A stretch of 49,767 nucleotides of DNA, the filler included, from Jimgerdemannia flammicorona (Eukaryota): NCBI GenBank assembly GCA_003990765.1. It is 2 parts of 2 records of this genome, joined end to end, with 100 filler letters (N's around TTAATTAATTAA, not from the genome) between each part and the next. Parts side by side here need not be neighbours in the genome. Positions count along the whole stretch, not along the records: positions 24,937 to 49,767 come from RBNJ01000917.1; 1 more part is not named here. The stretch is one strand, 5' to 3'. Position 1 is the stretch's first letter, and each line of letters begins with the position of its first letter. Shown one piece after another: positions 35,687-48,025 of the stretch. Both the position numbers and the translations under genes were made by a program. Below the pieces are notes generated by a model. It saw only the letters and a program-made list of their open reading frames with translations. It did no database searches and was not told the origin of the DNA.

Positions 35687-36590
35687 TGCATTCTCTGAAA
35701 AAATCCAGTGGTAGAAAAAATCAGGTTGAGGGGAAAAAACGGCGCGGCTATAAGGAACCACCGCACTAACCTTGATCGATTGCCGGAACACGGGACGCGG
35801 TTTCCATTAGGAAATGCAAACAAATGGGGAAAAAATCCAATTTTGTGGCGCACTTAGTCATTTGGCCTTCCACCAAATAATGAGGGGCAAGTTCAATTGG
35901 TATCCACGAACCGTTTGGCTGCGAATGTATGCTCCTCAATACAGGGCACACTCGTGGTGCATGTATGTCCATGTCGTTAATTGAAAATTCCGATACGTTT
36001 GGATCTCTGGACGTATTATCCACTGCCACATGTACGCATGTATACACTTCTGACCTCAATAACCGTCCTTGGAAGCTTAAATAACACACCTTTTCGCTCA
36101 CAATATCCGGTCTGGAATTCGCAATGGATAAATGAACGATTATGGATGGATAAACAGCGTTGCTGTTGTCACTATTGTCGTCGTTACTGTCATTGTCAAT
36201 ATGGACGGGATTGCACATAGCGTTTGGGGGAGAGGTGGAGGGGGGGAAAGGATGCAATTGGTGCATCTTCTGAAAAAATCCAGTGGTGGAAAAAATTGGG
36301 TTCAGGGGGAAAACGAAGGTATCCCCAATTATAGCAAAAGTAACGGAACGGCAAACCGAAACCACAGCGCTAACTTTGGTCGATTGCCGGAACACGGGAC
36401 GCGGTTTCCATTAGGAAATTTTTACACGTGGCGCGCTTGCTCATTTGAGCTTCCGCGAAATAATGAGGGGCAAGTTTAATTGAAACCCACGCATCGTTTG
36501 GTTGCGAATGTATCCTCCTCAATACAGGGCACACTCTGGTGCAAGTATATCCATGGCATTAATTGAAAAATACAATACGTTCTGATCTCG
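35687..36590 (+). repeat. Imperfect direct duplication of ~320 bp (35687-36008 and 36262-36590)
   Basis: Collinear blocks with an identical 40-bp core TCGATTGCCGGAACACGGGACGCGGTTTCCATTAGGAAAT at 35776-35815 and 36380-36419. Confidence 0.9.
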
Positions 36591-37043
36591 GGAGGTGCCG
36601 AACGTACGTACGGTATCACCCCTGTGAGAGGCTGTGAAACACTATTTTGTATGCAGAATTGGTGCGGATAAGACATGTGTTCAGAGTAATTATCTTCATG
36701 GGCTTAGGCGTTTTTGTTTGGGGGGGGAGAGTGAATGGTCAGGTCAAATGTGCAATTGCTTTAAGCAAACCGATTGGAGACGGGCCGACAATATTCCGGA
36801 ATTTTAGGTAACAAAAACATCCCCGTAGAGTTCCTTATGCTATTGACTTGTCGCGTTTTAGCTTCGGCAGAACGCTTGATCAATTTTGTTTGGTAGTCTG
36901 ATACTCGGACTTTCCAGTAACGGATAGAAGTCTCATATGATAAGGCACCGCAGACCGCGGAAGACTCATGCCAGCAACCCTAACAATTCCCTCGCGGGTG
37001 TCATTGTTCCCTAGTCGTGGAACCTTGCGACTTCTTGAATATG

Positions 37044-37050
37044 TATAAAA
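37044..37050 (+). promoter_or_regulatory. TATA box of the small secreted peptide gene
   Basis: TATAAAA ~60 nt upstream of an ATG in good context (CACAATG). Confidence 0.6.
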
Positions 37051-37104
37051 AGTGGACGTCCATTCTTCCATCAACCATAAACAGTCTCTCCTCCAACAAT
37101 CACA

Positions 37105-37365
37105 ATGAAGTTTGCCGCCCTCACCCTCGCCCTGGTCGCCTTCGTCGCCACCGCCGTCGTCGCCACCCCCATCGTCGCCACCCCCATAGCCGCCGATGAC
37201 TCGGAGAATTGTAAGTGTGTCCTTCCCAACTCCTTTACTATTCGTCTTCGTAAATTGTAACGGTGGTAGCGAATCCGCATCCTGGCTCACTCCCGCTCTC
37301 GAATCTATCCAGCCAGTTTCGGCGGCCTTTACAATGGCACCATCTCCAAACCCGCACCATTATAA
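37105..37365 (+). CDS. Small secreted peptide, ~52 aa (exons 37105-37210 and 37313-37365; an alternative acceptor at 37316 gives ~66 aa ending at 37411)
   Basis: MKFAALTLALVAFVATAVVATPIVATPIAADDSEN: clear signal peptide, C-ending codon bias, GTAAGT donor at 37211, CTCAC branch-like site, tandem CAG acceptors. Missed by the ORF track because it is short and spliced. Confidence 0.72.
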
Positions 37366-37849
37366 CGGCCACAACTACAATTCTACCAACCCCAAACAAA
37401 TTTTAGTATAATTTCTTTAAGGTTACAAAGAAAGTATCAATATTTAAACACTATATATTTCTTCATAGTAGATATATATAGTATTGAAATCTTACAATCG
37501 CGCGTATATACGGAATTCTTAGAATTCGTCGAATAAAAAACATGCCGCGATTCAACGTCTAGCTGTAATGTTTGAACCCCCACTTGAACCCAACTCGCAG
37601 ATATCGGAACCGCAGCGAAGAGAAAAACCATGATTGAAGTTCAATGTATATATATTTGGGAGAAAAAAGAAGGTGCAAGAAGAGTGGATGCGATGAGCAA
37701 AACCGGCCCAGATAAAAGGGTTGTGGAGAGCGTGAGGTGGTTGTGGAGAGAGTGAGGTGTAGAGGTCAGGTACGGCCCAAATGGAAAGGCAGGTGGTGTA
37801 TGAGAGGAGAAGGGATAAAGAAAAGGCTGGTGACGTGGGCCACGCGAGC

Positions 37850-38240
37850 GGAAGAAGAGAGAGGCTGGTGACACGGGCCGCGCGGAGGTGGTTGGTGATG
37901 CGAACCACAAGACTCAGTGGGGCTGGTGACGCGTGCCCCCCGCGAGAGAAGAGGTGGGGAGGAACGATTAGCGGTGAGATGAGAGAGGGAGCGTGTCACT
38001 GGTGATGCAAGCAGCATGAGTGCGATTGAGGGAAGCCCATAAATGCAACAAACGAGAGACGGGGCAAGTGGAAGAAGAGAGAGGCTGGTGACGCGGGCCA
38101 TGTGGAGGTGGTTGGTGATGCGAACCACGCGAGTCAGTGGGGCTGGTGATGCGAGCCTCGCGCAGAGAAGAGGTGGGGAGGGATGGCAGCATGAGTGCAA
38201 GTGAGGGAAGCATGTAAATGCAACAGACGAGAGACAGGCA
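37850..38240 (+). repeat. Tandem duplication with a ~220-bp period and recurring GGCTGGTGA motifs
   Basis: GGAAGAAGAGAGAGGCTGGTGAC...GGTTGGTGATGCGAACCAC at 37850 and 38070; GCAGCATGAGTGC...AAATGCAACA in both units. Confidence 0.85.
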
Positions 38241-38333
38241 TGTGATCCATACCGCGTCGTCGTTGTCGTTTTCTAGCCCTCAAAGAATCGCTATTTTAAT
38301 TTGACTGCTAAACGCCACATATAAACCAGAAAC

Positions 38334-38536
38334 TAGGGATCCCAGATGGCTGGCCATATGGCCAGGGTGGCTCGGCCTTAAAAAGGTCTGTAAATGCCAC
38401 TTGACTAGTTGGCTGTAAATTTAAGGCTGAGACAGGGTGGCTAGGCCTTAAATTTATGGATTGATTAGCTGGCCACTTGGCCAGTTGGCTGTAAATTTAA
38501 GGCCGTGCCCATATGGCCAGCCATCTGGGATCCCTA
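38334..38536. mobile_element. hAT-type MITE, 203 bp
   Basis: Perfect 28-bp TIRs (TAGGGATCCCAGATGGCTGGCCATATGG) and 8-bp TSD CCAGAAAC at 38326-38333 and 38537-38544. Confidence 0.93.
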
Positions 38537-38994
38537 CCAGAAACAAACATAATTAATTATATGAACTCACTCGTCTGTTGCCCTCTATCCCCCGTCCCCT
38601 TTCCCCCTTTGAACTTTTCTCCCACTCTTTAGAATAATTTCTCCGACACTACCTCTCTCGTCGAGCTTACCCGCAAAACACTCAGCCGTCCCAGCCGCCC
38701 AACTTTTTGTCAACGACGTGCGACAACAATATACCGAACAAGCAAAAGGTATGCTGTGCTGCCCATCAATATATTGCTCGCATCCAAGTTGTTGGCGACG
38801 GGATGTTTTGTGCAAGACCTACGATTAAGAGCCCTCGACGCATAGTATTTAACTGACATATTCCGCCTTTTTTATTGGCCCGAACTCAAGTCAACCGAAC
38901 CAAAGCCTGAACTCGAGGGGACGTGATCTGGGGGCGACACCTGCGCAGTGAAGCTTACGGCGAACGGGCGACATTTCCACAGGCAAATGTCCTG

Positions 38995-40870
38995 TGATTA
39001 TCGTCACTCTCTTCTCTAAAGTGTTCTTGAACATTGTTGGCCTCAGTTATCTTCTATCCTTGTTTCTTGGTTATCTTGGCAAGTCCATATCTCATTTACT
39101 ATCTAAATATAGATATTTCTGTCTACTGGCTAAAGGTTGCATTGACCTTTTATTGACTGAGATCCTTGAAGATATCATACTTAAAAGTCTTGGTCTTATA
39201 CAGCTTCTTCTTCTTTTCTCTTTTACTGGCTGGAGTAATTCCTTGGATAATATCTTGGACAGCCTATTCCAGCTCTATATCTTCTATTTCTTTATCTTAG
39301 CTTTCTGTAGCAGTTTCCATCTTTTTCTACAGAGTTCTTCTTAGGTCTCCCTGGTGGTCTCTTGTAGGATTACTTGTAAACATCCTTCTAAACAGTCTCA
39401 GCAGAGTAGACTTCCCATTTTTCTTCATCTGATTCTTCAATTTCTTCAAAGGTAATAGTGTTGGTCTGTTCCTTATTCCATGTAGTATTGCTTGGCTGAG
39501 CTTTATGCTTGGTCTCACTTATATATTTATATGAGTAGTGGTCTTCTTCTCTACAAGTATAGCAGGTACCTCTCTTCTTGTCTGAGTTGGCAGCAAACTT
39601 TTGAACTAGGTGGCAGTCTCTTTCTCTAATTTTCTTTACCATATCTCTGAGATGAGCAGTCATTTTGGCAAACTTCTTAGCAAGTTTCTCCATAGGATTG
39701 CTGTTTCTCTATTACTCAGTAGCTCTTAGCTGAGATGTGTTTTGATTGATAACTGTGATAGAAATCATACTAGTTGTCTTAGGTGCTTTAATTCTGACTC
39801 TAGTGACTCTTTCCATTATGTGGTCTTGTGAATGTCTGGCTATCCAATATCACTGGGCATTGATGACCTTTTGTGCTAGATCCAGAACTACTGATGATGA
39901 GCAGATGGCCAGAGCTATCTCTGAGTAGACTTCTTTTATAAAGGTTACTTCTGCTACTTAATATTAGATAATGGCAGTATAATCTACAAAGATTATCTAA
40001 TATTGGATTCTGGTGTAGAATGTGTTTGAATCCTCACTCATTCCTTGATATATTGTATTGAGCTGATTCTTTAGAGCTTGCTTGATCTCATCTATAAAGT
40101 AGGTGGTTCAAAGCCAGGTCTTCTGTACTGCTAGTATGGTATTATTATTATTTCTCATATAGATTATAACTATGAATACTGCTCTTGCTGATCTTTAGAG
40201 ACTGAAGAGCATGAGGACTACTTGCTATCTTACTGTCAGGATTCTTACAGTAGTATATTACTCAAAGTCATCAATGAATTTGATAATTAATTCATCTGAG
40301 GTATATCTATAGAATACTAGTAGTCTTATATCTATCTTGTCTGGATGTCTTGGTTTGATTTATATAATAGCAGTTATCTATTATTTAGCTTAAAAGTGAG
40401 GGATTTATCTTGAATCACTAGTCAATGGACACTAAGTTATAATATAGCAGATATATAACTGGATAAGTATATCAGAGTTCTGTATTTTGAAAACTTAATC
40501 TTCTTTGACTCTGCAGAGTTCTCAGGATATAGGAATAGGTGAGTTTGAAGTATATTTATCTATAGACTTATTAGTTCTCTTGCTTTCTCTTTACTTTGGA
40601 CTATTTTAATCTGAGGTTTTATTCACTTTAGATATTGGGGATATTTATACAAGTTTGCTAGCTATAAGGTGGCTAAGTTATGACTATGTTTTCTATAAGT
40701 CACTTTTCATAAGTATTAATTCTTGATATCTGTTAAATATTTGATAATCATCAAATCTTAAATATCTGTATATTCTCAACATTTGTGAAAACTTTAATAT
40801 TGATAAAATATGACTACTATTTGTAAGACTATACTTTATTTGGAAATCAGATTTAGATACTATGATCAAA
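38995..40870 (-). mobile_element. Decayed Ty3/Gypsy 5' fragment (LTR ~40400-40870 + gag)
   Basis: LTR core at 40611-40655 matches 32925-32968. Gag remnants IRLLVFYRYTSDELIIKFIDDFE and degenerate knuckle CYTCREEDHYSYKY in ORF 39388-39693. Boundaries approximate. Confidence 0.7.
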
Positions 40871-42785
40871 TATCTATTCCCCTGATTTATATTTCTAATT
40901 CAGATCAACTATCATACTATATTACTAGTTATATATAATTTTTATTAATATAATAAGCCTAGCAACTAAGTATCAGTCAGTTTACTCTAATTTTTACCAA
41001 TTCTTATCAAGAAGTTTGAGCAAGTTATATATAATGGATTTTATAATACAATGTTTTCAAACCAACTCTAATACTGATGTTATAGTTTATTTATCAATTA
41101 TCTGACTAAGACCAAGTTATTAAAACTACTATAATCAATATTACTATCTCTGAAATTATAAGAATCTTCTTCAAGTCAATCATTTAACATTATAGTCCAC
41201 TATGAGGTATTATTAGTAACTGAGATCTCAAGTTCACTAGTTACTTTTAGTAAGTCTTCTTTAAGATCCTTGAGACTCAAATTGTCATATCTACTACTAT
41301 TTATACTCAAACTAATAGTCAAATAAAGTATATGAATAGATCTCTTAAATAGATACTTAGAAACAATATTTATTATAAGTAAGATAATTGAGACCACTAT
41401 CTGACTTATATAGTATTTATATATAATAATATAGTTTAATTATTAACTGGTTCTTTTTTCTTCAGCTACTTTATAATCAAGACTCTGAGAGTCTAGTCTC
41501 CTTTTAGAAAAACAGTCAAATACAAGGTTCTATCACTAAGAACCTCATTGATAAGATAGATAAACTACTACAGTATTAAGCTAAGTATACTAATAAGAAA
41601 TACTATAATATCATCTATACTATTAGTAATTAAGTTCCTTTATCTATTAAGAATCTCAAGATATAGTCTCAAGTTAACTATCTATTGAATATATTCTAAT
41701 TTAAGTTTATTGGACTCTTTGATATTATAAAACAAGTCTTTATATTTTTCTATTATCTCAAACTATCTGAAACTATATAAATTCATCTAGTTTTTTTATA
41801 TATCTCACTTTAAGATCTAGAATTGATCACTACTCTACTCTAACTAAATTCTCAAGTTATTTATCTTTACGATTATTAAAGACTATATCAAGTATAAGGT
41901 TGAGAAATTTTTAATAAAAGAATCCACTACTGCCAATCTGAATATCTGATCAAAAAGATGAGCTATTCTGAATATAATACTATCTAGAAACTACTAGTCA
42001 ATCTTAAGAATATATAAGAGCTTATTCAAAACTTTAAAGTAAAATATACACTCTCATCTCTACTTACTAGTTTGATGTACTTTTATATATAGATGTAGTT
42101 ACTACTAGTAAGCTTACTCAGAATAATAAAGAGTTTTCTCTATATGATTCAAATATCTAACTTTAAGACTTTAGTTTTTATCTAATATAAAGTTAGCTAA
42201 CTCTTTATAGCAGTACTTATTTAAGTTTGAGAAATTTTGATTAAGTAGAGTTATTCTTATATAACTTTAGAATTTGATAAAAATATTAATTTTTAAGAAG
42301 AGAGAAATATAATAATTTCTTAGTTATATTTTAATTTTAGTATATTTTTAGAAGTTTACTCAAATCTTTTTTTATCTTTTCTGAAATATTTTACAATATT
42401 CCAATATCTTTCTTCCAAATGCTTAGAAATCTTCTCTTAGCACTAAGACTTTACTAGAATATTTTTATCTTTTCTTAGTATTAAGTATTCTATCTTAGCT
42501 AATTATAAAACTTTTTATAATATTACAAAATTCTATTAGTCATCTTTGCTATAAACTACTAGCTTGGCTTTTCTTTTCTTTTTTGACATTTCTAAGATTC
42601 TTCTGAATCTTTCTTTTAGATATTATATAAATATCCTCTTTCTCTACTTGAATAAAGCTTAGAATATTTTCTCCAGAAATTCCTCAAGACTACTTGAATT
42701 TATAAGTACCTCTTTGAGCTACTTTAGACCTACTGGAAACTTCCAGATTTAGTTACTTCCTCTTAAAGAAACTAGAACCATTACA
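40871..42785 (+). mobile_element. Chromovirus (Ty3/Gypsy) 3' fragment: integrase, chromodomain, PPT and 3' LTR (42308-42785)
   Basis: Decayed motifs MDFI, GIISN.DLKFTS (SDRDPKFTS-like), YTQTNSQ (HPQTDGQ-like), FIGLF and chromodomain-like YKVEKF...EYLIK...TI*KLLVNL (~41890-42035). Purine tract before TATAAT; LTR ends ATTACA. Confidence 0.8.
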
Positions 42786-43070
42786 GTAGTAGCCTATCTA
42801 AGATATATAACAGTTATAGAAGCTCAGACCTTTATGAGACTCATCATCTATTATAGAAGATTTATAAAAGGATTCTCTAAAATTATAAGCTCTATCTATA
42901 ATCTATTCAAAAAAAGATCAAATTTAAATAAATAAGTATATAGTAAAAAGTATTTAATAAACTCAAAACTAAATTGATCCAAGTATTTATTCTGAGAAGA
43001 TCTGACTAGAGTGAGGAGTTTATTTGCAAACTAATATAAGTTCAGTAGGACTTGGAGCTATATTTCTGTG
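42786..43070 (+). mobile_element. Ty3/Gypsy RT-end/RNase H fragment
   Basis: Translation gives YYRRFIKGFSKI...FNKLKTKL...LQTNISSVGLGAIF. Confidence 0.75.
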
Positions 43071-43476
43071 TCTACTCTGACAATTGACCAAAGTTAAGGC
43101 TTTACTACTATAGAAGCACATTATGTTATGAGGGGTTTCATTAGAAATCACAGGTCAATAATTGTAGAAATGTTTCAGATGCTATATAGACAGTATAAGG
43201 GTTTCAGCATAGTATAGGTCTTTGGCACCAACATACTTGCTTTTGTATTAGCTAGAAAATACCTCTCTATCATACTATCCAATATGCCTTCCTGCTTCAT
43301 ATCTGGTTTTTACTCAAGTACTTCATATATATATTTTATATATATGCTCAGCATGCATACTGATTTTTGCTATAGTCCTGGCCATTAACTCCTGCATTCT
43401 CTATCATCACAACTTCTCTAACATCTCCAAGAGTCAATATGAGCTAGGCTTGCCTGCCTGCCCACTCTGTTATCAT

Positions 43477-43900
43477 TAGTACTCCCAAATGAGTTGAATC
43501 AATTTGAATTGAATCAAATTGAGGGTTAAACGAGTCGAATCAAATTGGGGATTTTTCAATTCGAATCAATTCGAATTGAATCAAAAGTCGAATCGAATTG
43601 AGGGTCTGATTTGAACCCTAATTTTCAAAATGCAATAATTCAGCGTAAATTCATCCAAATCTAACGTACTTTAGCTTGTTAGAATCACATTAATACAGTG
43701 AATCTAACAAGCTAAATTATGTTAAATTTGGATGAGTTTTCGTCGAGTTATTACATTTTGAAAATTAAGGTTCGGATCAAACTTCGAATCGAATTGGACC
43801 TTTGATTCAATTTGAATCGAATTGAATTGGACCCTTGATTCAATCAAATCAAATCGAGTTTGGGCCAAATTCGATTCGATTTGATTTGTTGGGAGCACTA
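43477..43900. mobile_element. hAT-type MITE, 424 bp, inserted in the Ngaro gag
   Basis: TIR TAGT(A/G)CTCCCAA, 8-bp TSD GTTATCAT (43469-43476 and 43901-43908), subterminal GAATC/GAATT pentamer arrays, central palindrome 43605-43781. Confidence 0.9.
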
Positions 43901-46889
43901 GTTATCATATTATATTCTGAGTGTATTCTTCAATTCCTCTAAGATAATCTCAATAATGATGATGGTACTGATGCTGACACTATCAAAACTTATCTTGCCA
44001 ATCTCCCTGAAGATATTCTGGCTATATATACCCCAACCTGATCCTCTGCTCAAGTCATGGACAATGTTCTGGCTCCATCAGCCCCTTCTACCTCTACAAT
44101 ATCTGTCTCAATGATGCTTCTACTTCCATCCAATACATCTATTAAAGACAGTATCACTCTGCTTCAAGATCACACCACTATACAGAACTGTTGACTAGAT
44201 GAAATCCTACTCCTGTTATATTCCCAACAAGATCAACTATCAGTTATCCCTAGGTCCAGCACACCTATTATAGATCAAGTATTCATTGACTATACCATAG
44301 CTTCAATCTCTGCTGCCATTATGGCCATTTCTCAGCCCCTTACAGTAGTTCCTACTTCCAGCTCACCTAATGTCCAAGGCCCCTCTGGCACCCCTCATAG
44401 TGAGTTGTCTACTGTACTAACTAACTACCTAGTAGCTCTATCCCATATCATTGTTTGGGGCATCAATCTCTCTCTGAAATACATCTATATCAACCAATAT
44501 CTCCTTATTATAGTAGTTAATAATTTGTTCTCTACTATTATACTTAACCATTTTCTAGAATATAATATCATCTTGAATAGCCCCCCACTGGAGACCTAGT
44601 TCATTAAGTCTCTCAATAAAGCTGGTACATAGGTCTTTATATGGAAGCCCCTATCTCTCATCAAAGATCTCTCTGATATTTCATCCTTTCTGTTTATACT
44701 CCTTATCTATTTCAGTATTCTTTATGATATTTATCCCAGCCTTACAGATTCTACATTCTTCATCTATATTGCTGCCTTTATTCTTCTTTTGATAATCCTC
44801 TTTCTGATCTGTTCTTCTTGACTATCCCATATTCTTCCATACAAAATACATTTCTAAGATCGCTAACAATAGTATATCACCCAATTGGTACCTTCACTGG
44901 ACCTGACATGACCCCAATCTCTTCATGGTTCTTAGCCTACATCAATGTCCTCATGCCTCTCTGACTACTAGTCATCTCTCAAAATCTTATTTGAAGTTTC
45001 AAAGCCTCTCTCACCAGCTGTCAAATGGCAACACCTCTTCATCTAAATACTTTAGTACTAATCAGTGGCCTATATGCCACTCCTTCAATAGTATTCTCAT
45101 CAATAGACTCTCTATGAAGGACCCCAGTTGCCATTGAAAAGATTGCATCTATACTCATATATGCTCTCATTGTGGTGAAGATTACTCATAGACTCAATGC
45201 TTCTACAACTCACTCTGATACCTCTAGGAACTTATCTCCACCCAAGCAATCATGTCATTTGTCCATCTTATAGCTGCTCTGAACACTACTCTTTACCACT
45301 CACTTACTGTCTATTATACTATCTCTGATCTTGATATCATATGATGCTTCCCATCTCTACTCATTGTACTCCACTCTATTTTATAGTACTAGGAATTACA
45401 AATATATCCTGATCAATTCCTCTCTCAAACCACTATCACTGCCATCATGCAAGATATTCTTCTTGGATTTATAGGCCCTCATTAATGTCTTCTCAGTTAT
45501 AACCATTGCTCTATCCTTGACTACACTAAAGCCATTATAGCTAATATTGTCTGTGAGATATATGCTAACAGGATCTGCAGCCCCTTCTCATCCTCTCACT
45601 TTACCAACTTCCACTCATCTCCCCTTGGCATCATAGTCAAAAAGAACTCTATATCAGCTTGGTGCTGTAGCTATAATCTTTTCTGGCTCTGCCAAGGTAG
45701 CTCTGTTAATAATGGTATTGACTCTAATATCTTCCATCTCTCTTATATATGCTTCAATGAGACTCTTGACCTTATCTGTTATATTCATAAAGGTTGCCTC
45801 TTGTTGAAGGTAGATCTTGCTGATGCCTATTGATATATTCTCATCCATCCAGCCAATTGGAAATTACTAGGCTTCAAATGGGCTGGCTGCTTCTACTTTG
45901 ACCACTTTGCACCTTTTGATACTTCATCCTCTCCCTTTCTCTATAATCTCTTTGCTGAACTACTAGCTTGAATTGTCAGCTGTCATAGCATTTGCTTTCT
46001 CTTACACTATGTTGATGACTTTCTCATTATTTTTACCTTAATTAATACCCCTCATAATCTATACCAGTTCCTTTCTCTCTATCATGACCTTGGCTGGTCT
46101 ACTCAGACACATAAGATAGAAGGTCTCATTATCTCTCTAGTTTTCCTAGGTATTGAACTGGACTTCATCACTATGGAAGCTTGCCTCCCTTCTGACAAAC
46201 TAGATGTCATAATGTTAGCTCTATACCAATAATAATCACACACCTTATATATCTGCCCACAGCTATAATCTCTCATTGGCTCTCTTGTCTTGTATGTAAG
46301 ATCATCTCACCTAGCCATCTATTCTTATACTGCCTTATTGATCTACTTACTGACAACTCTTCCTTCTATATCATCATCAATAGGGCTTATCATGCTGATA
46401 TTTATTAGTGGATCACTTTTCTTCTATATAGAATGATGTCTTAGTTATTTATCTGATCACCTGGTCCCACTCCTCAGATGTCCATATATAAGTAGTGAAC
46501 TTGGCTTTGGTGCTTTCTTCAATAACCAATGGTTTTCTGAATTATGCTTCTTTCTCTTAATATTCAATTTAAGGAACTCTATGCCATCATCAGCACCTTA
46601 GCTACATAGAGTAATCACTGGCATTTTCAGTGGATTCTACTTCATACCAACAATTAGACCATTGTCATAATAATCAATTCTGGTACTTCTTACAATCCTT
46701 TGTTGCTTAAATTACTTCAACAATTATATTTCTTAATGGCCTGACACTTCTTCCAGCTCTTTGCCTCATATATCTCTACCAAAAAAAACAATATTGCCAA
46801 TATACTATCCTGTACTAATGTCTCTCATTTTCATCACCTTACTCCTAATATACAGATATATCTAATAGTGATTGGTACAATCTCTATAC

Positions 46890-47817
46890 TAAACTTCCTC
46901 CTGTCATCACCTTCTTTCTGTAGTTCAGTCTAGTAAGATCAATGTGCTATATATATTCTTTCAGACAACAGAGCTTCTTTCAATTCTATATCCTCCATGG
47001 TAGCAACAATATCTCTAGAAGCCCCCTACCTGTATCTGAACTGGTGCTAATATATTAGACCTATCACATCACTCTTAAATGGCTCCAACTATTGACCATC
47101 AAACAATATCTCTCTGCAGTCTGTTCTCTCTACATTAATACTGATTTTGACAACCCATTTCTCAGTCTATGATAGCTGCCATATATCATCTATAGCATCA
47201 AATGTTGGTTAGGCATCCAGCCCACTTGGCTCTGCCTTTCCATCAATCTTGACACTCTTTTGTGTCTAATTAGCCTTCTTTGCTTATCTGACCATGATGA
47301 CCTCACTCTGGTGTCTACAATGTCATTAGCATACATTGGCTTCTTGCAACCTGGAGAACTTCCATGGTAAGGCTCATTCAATGTCTCCTTTTGGGCCTTG
47401 TACCATTGTATTGTCTTTCACCCTAATATCCTTGACCCAACCCATATCACCCTCACTCTCCCTACCTCTAAAACTGAACCCTTCTATCAAGGTGCATCTC
47501 TCTCTATTGCAAAGACACACCTGGGTGCACCCTGCATGGTCTCCCTATTGCACCTCCTCTTTCTTACTCATCCAGCCCCACCCAGTGTGCCTCTTTTCAT
47601 GCTCTCTGCCTATCACCCATTCTTCCACCATTACCTTGTCCACTGCCTGCACTCTCTCCTCCCTCATATCAGACTGAACCCATGTCTCTATGCTGGACAT
47701 AGCTTCTGCATTGGTGCAACATCTGATGCTGCCACCACCAGCCTCTCCAACTATGAAATCCAACTCCTTGGCCATTGGTCGAGCACTGTGTATAAAGGCT
47801 ATATTGACAGTCTTTAA
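46890..47817 (+). pseudogene. Tyrosine recombinase remnant
   Basis: ORF 47398-47817 has the HSF(R)IGA and G(R)W.S..Y..Y motifs with catalytic Arg codons mutated. Confidence 0.85.
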
Positions 47818-48025
47818 CCATACATTCAGATTCCCCATATGCTGACCTCTCTCTCTCATACACTCCTAGATTCTTCCACATGACTAGTAATGACTCTGGC
47901 CCCAAGTAGTATATCATGCTTATTAGATCTCTGGTATGATATCTTGGTGAATAAAATATATGTATATTTTATATACTTGGTATTATAATTATCAAGTATT
48001 TAATACTGATACACAAAGTACATAT

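Larger units (their letters stand above)
43071..48025 (+). mobile_element. Ngaro/DIRS-type tyrosine-recombinase retrotransposon, decayed
   Basis: Gag Cys/His cluster (~45070-45200); RT SSPLGIIVKK, KVDLADAY, LHYVDDFL (~46003-46030), FLGIELD; RNase H GFGAFF, KELYAI; YR GFLQPGEL, SKTEP, GHSFCIGA, LGHWSS..Y..YI. Ends approximate. Confidence 0.88.

Noticed and set aside
35766..36479. 209-aa minus-strand and 115-aa plus-strand ORFs in the duplicated block
   Set aside because: No recognisable motifs or codon bias, and frames are not conserved between the duplicates.
38585..38990. CpG-rich unique stretch as a possible gene
   Set aside because: No convincing ORF or exon structure found; may be a promoter or UTR remnant.
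43490..43890. Short-period repeats as a possible CRISPR array
   Set aside because: Pentamer arrays without unique spacers, bounded by TIRs and an 8-bp TSD; eukaryotic context and no cas genes.
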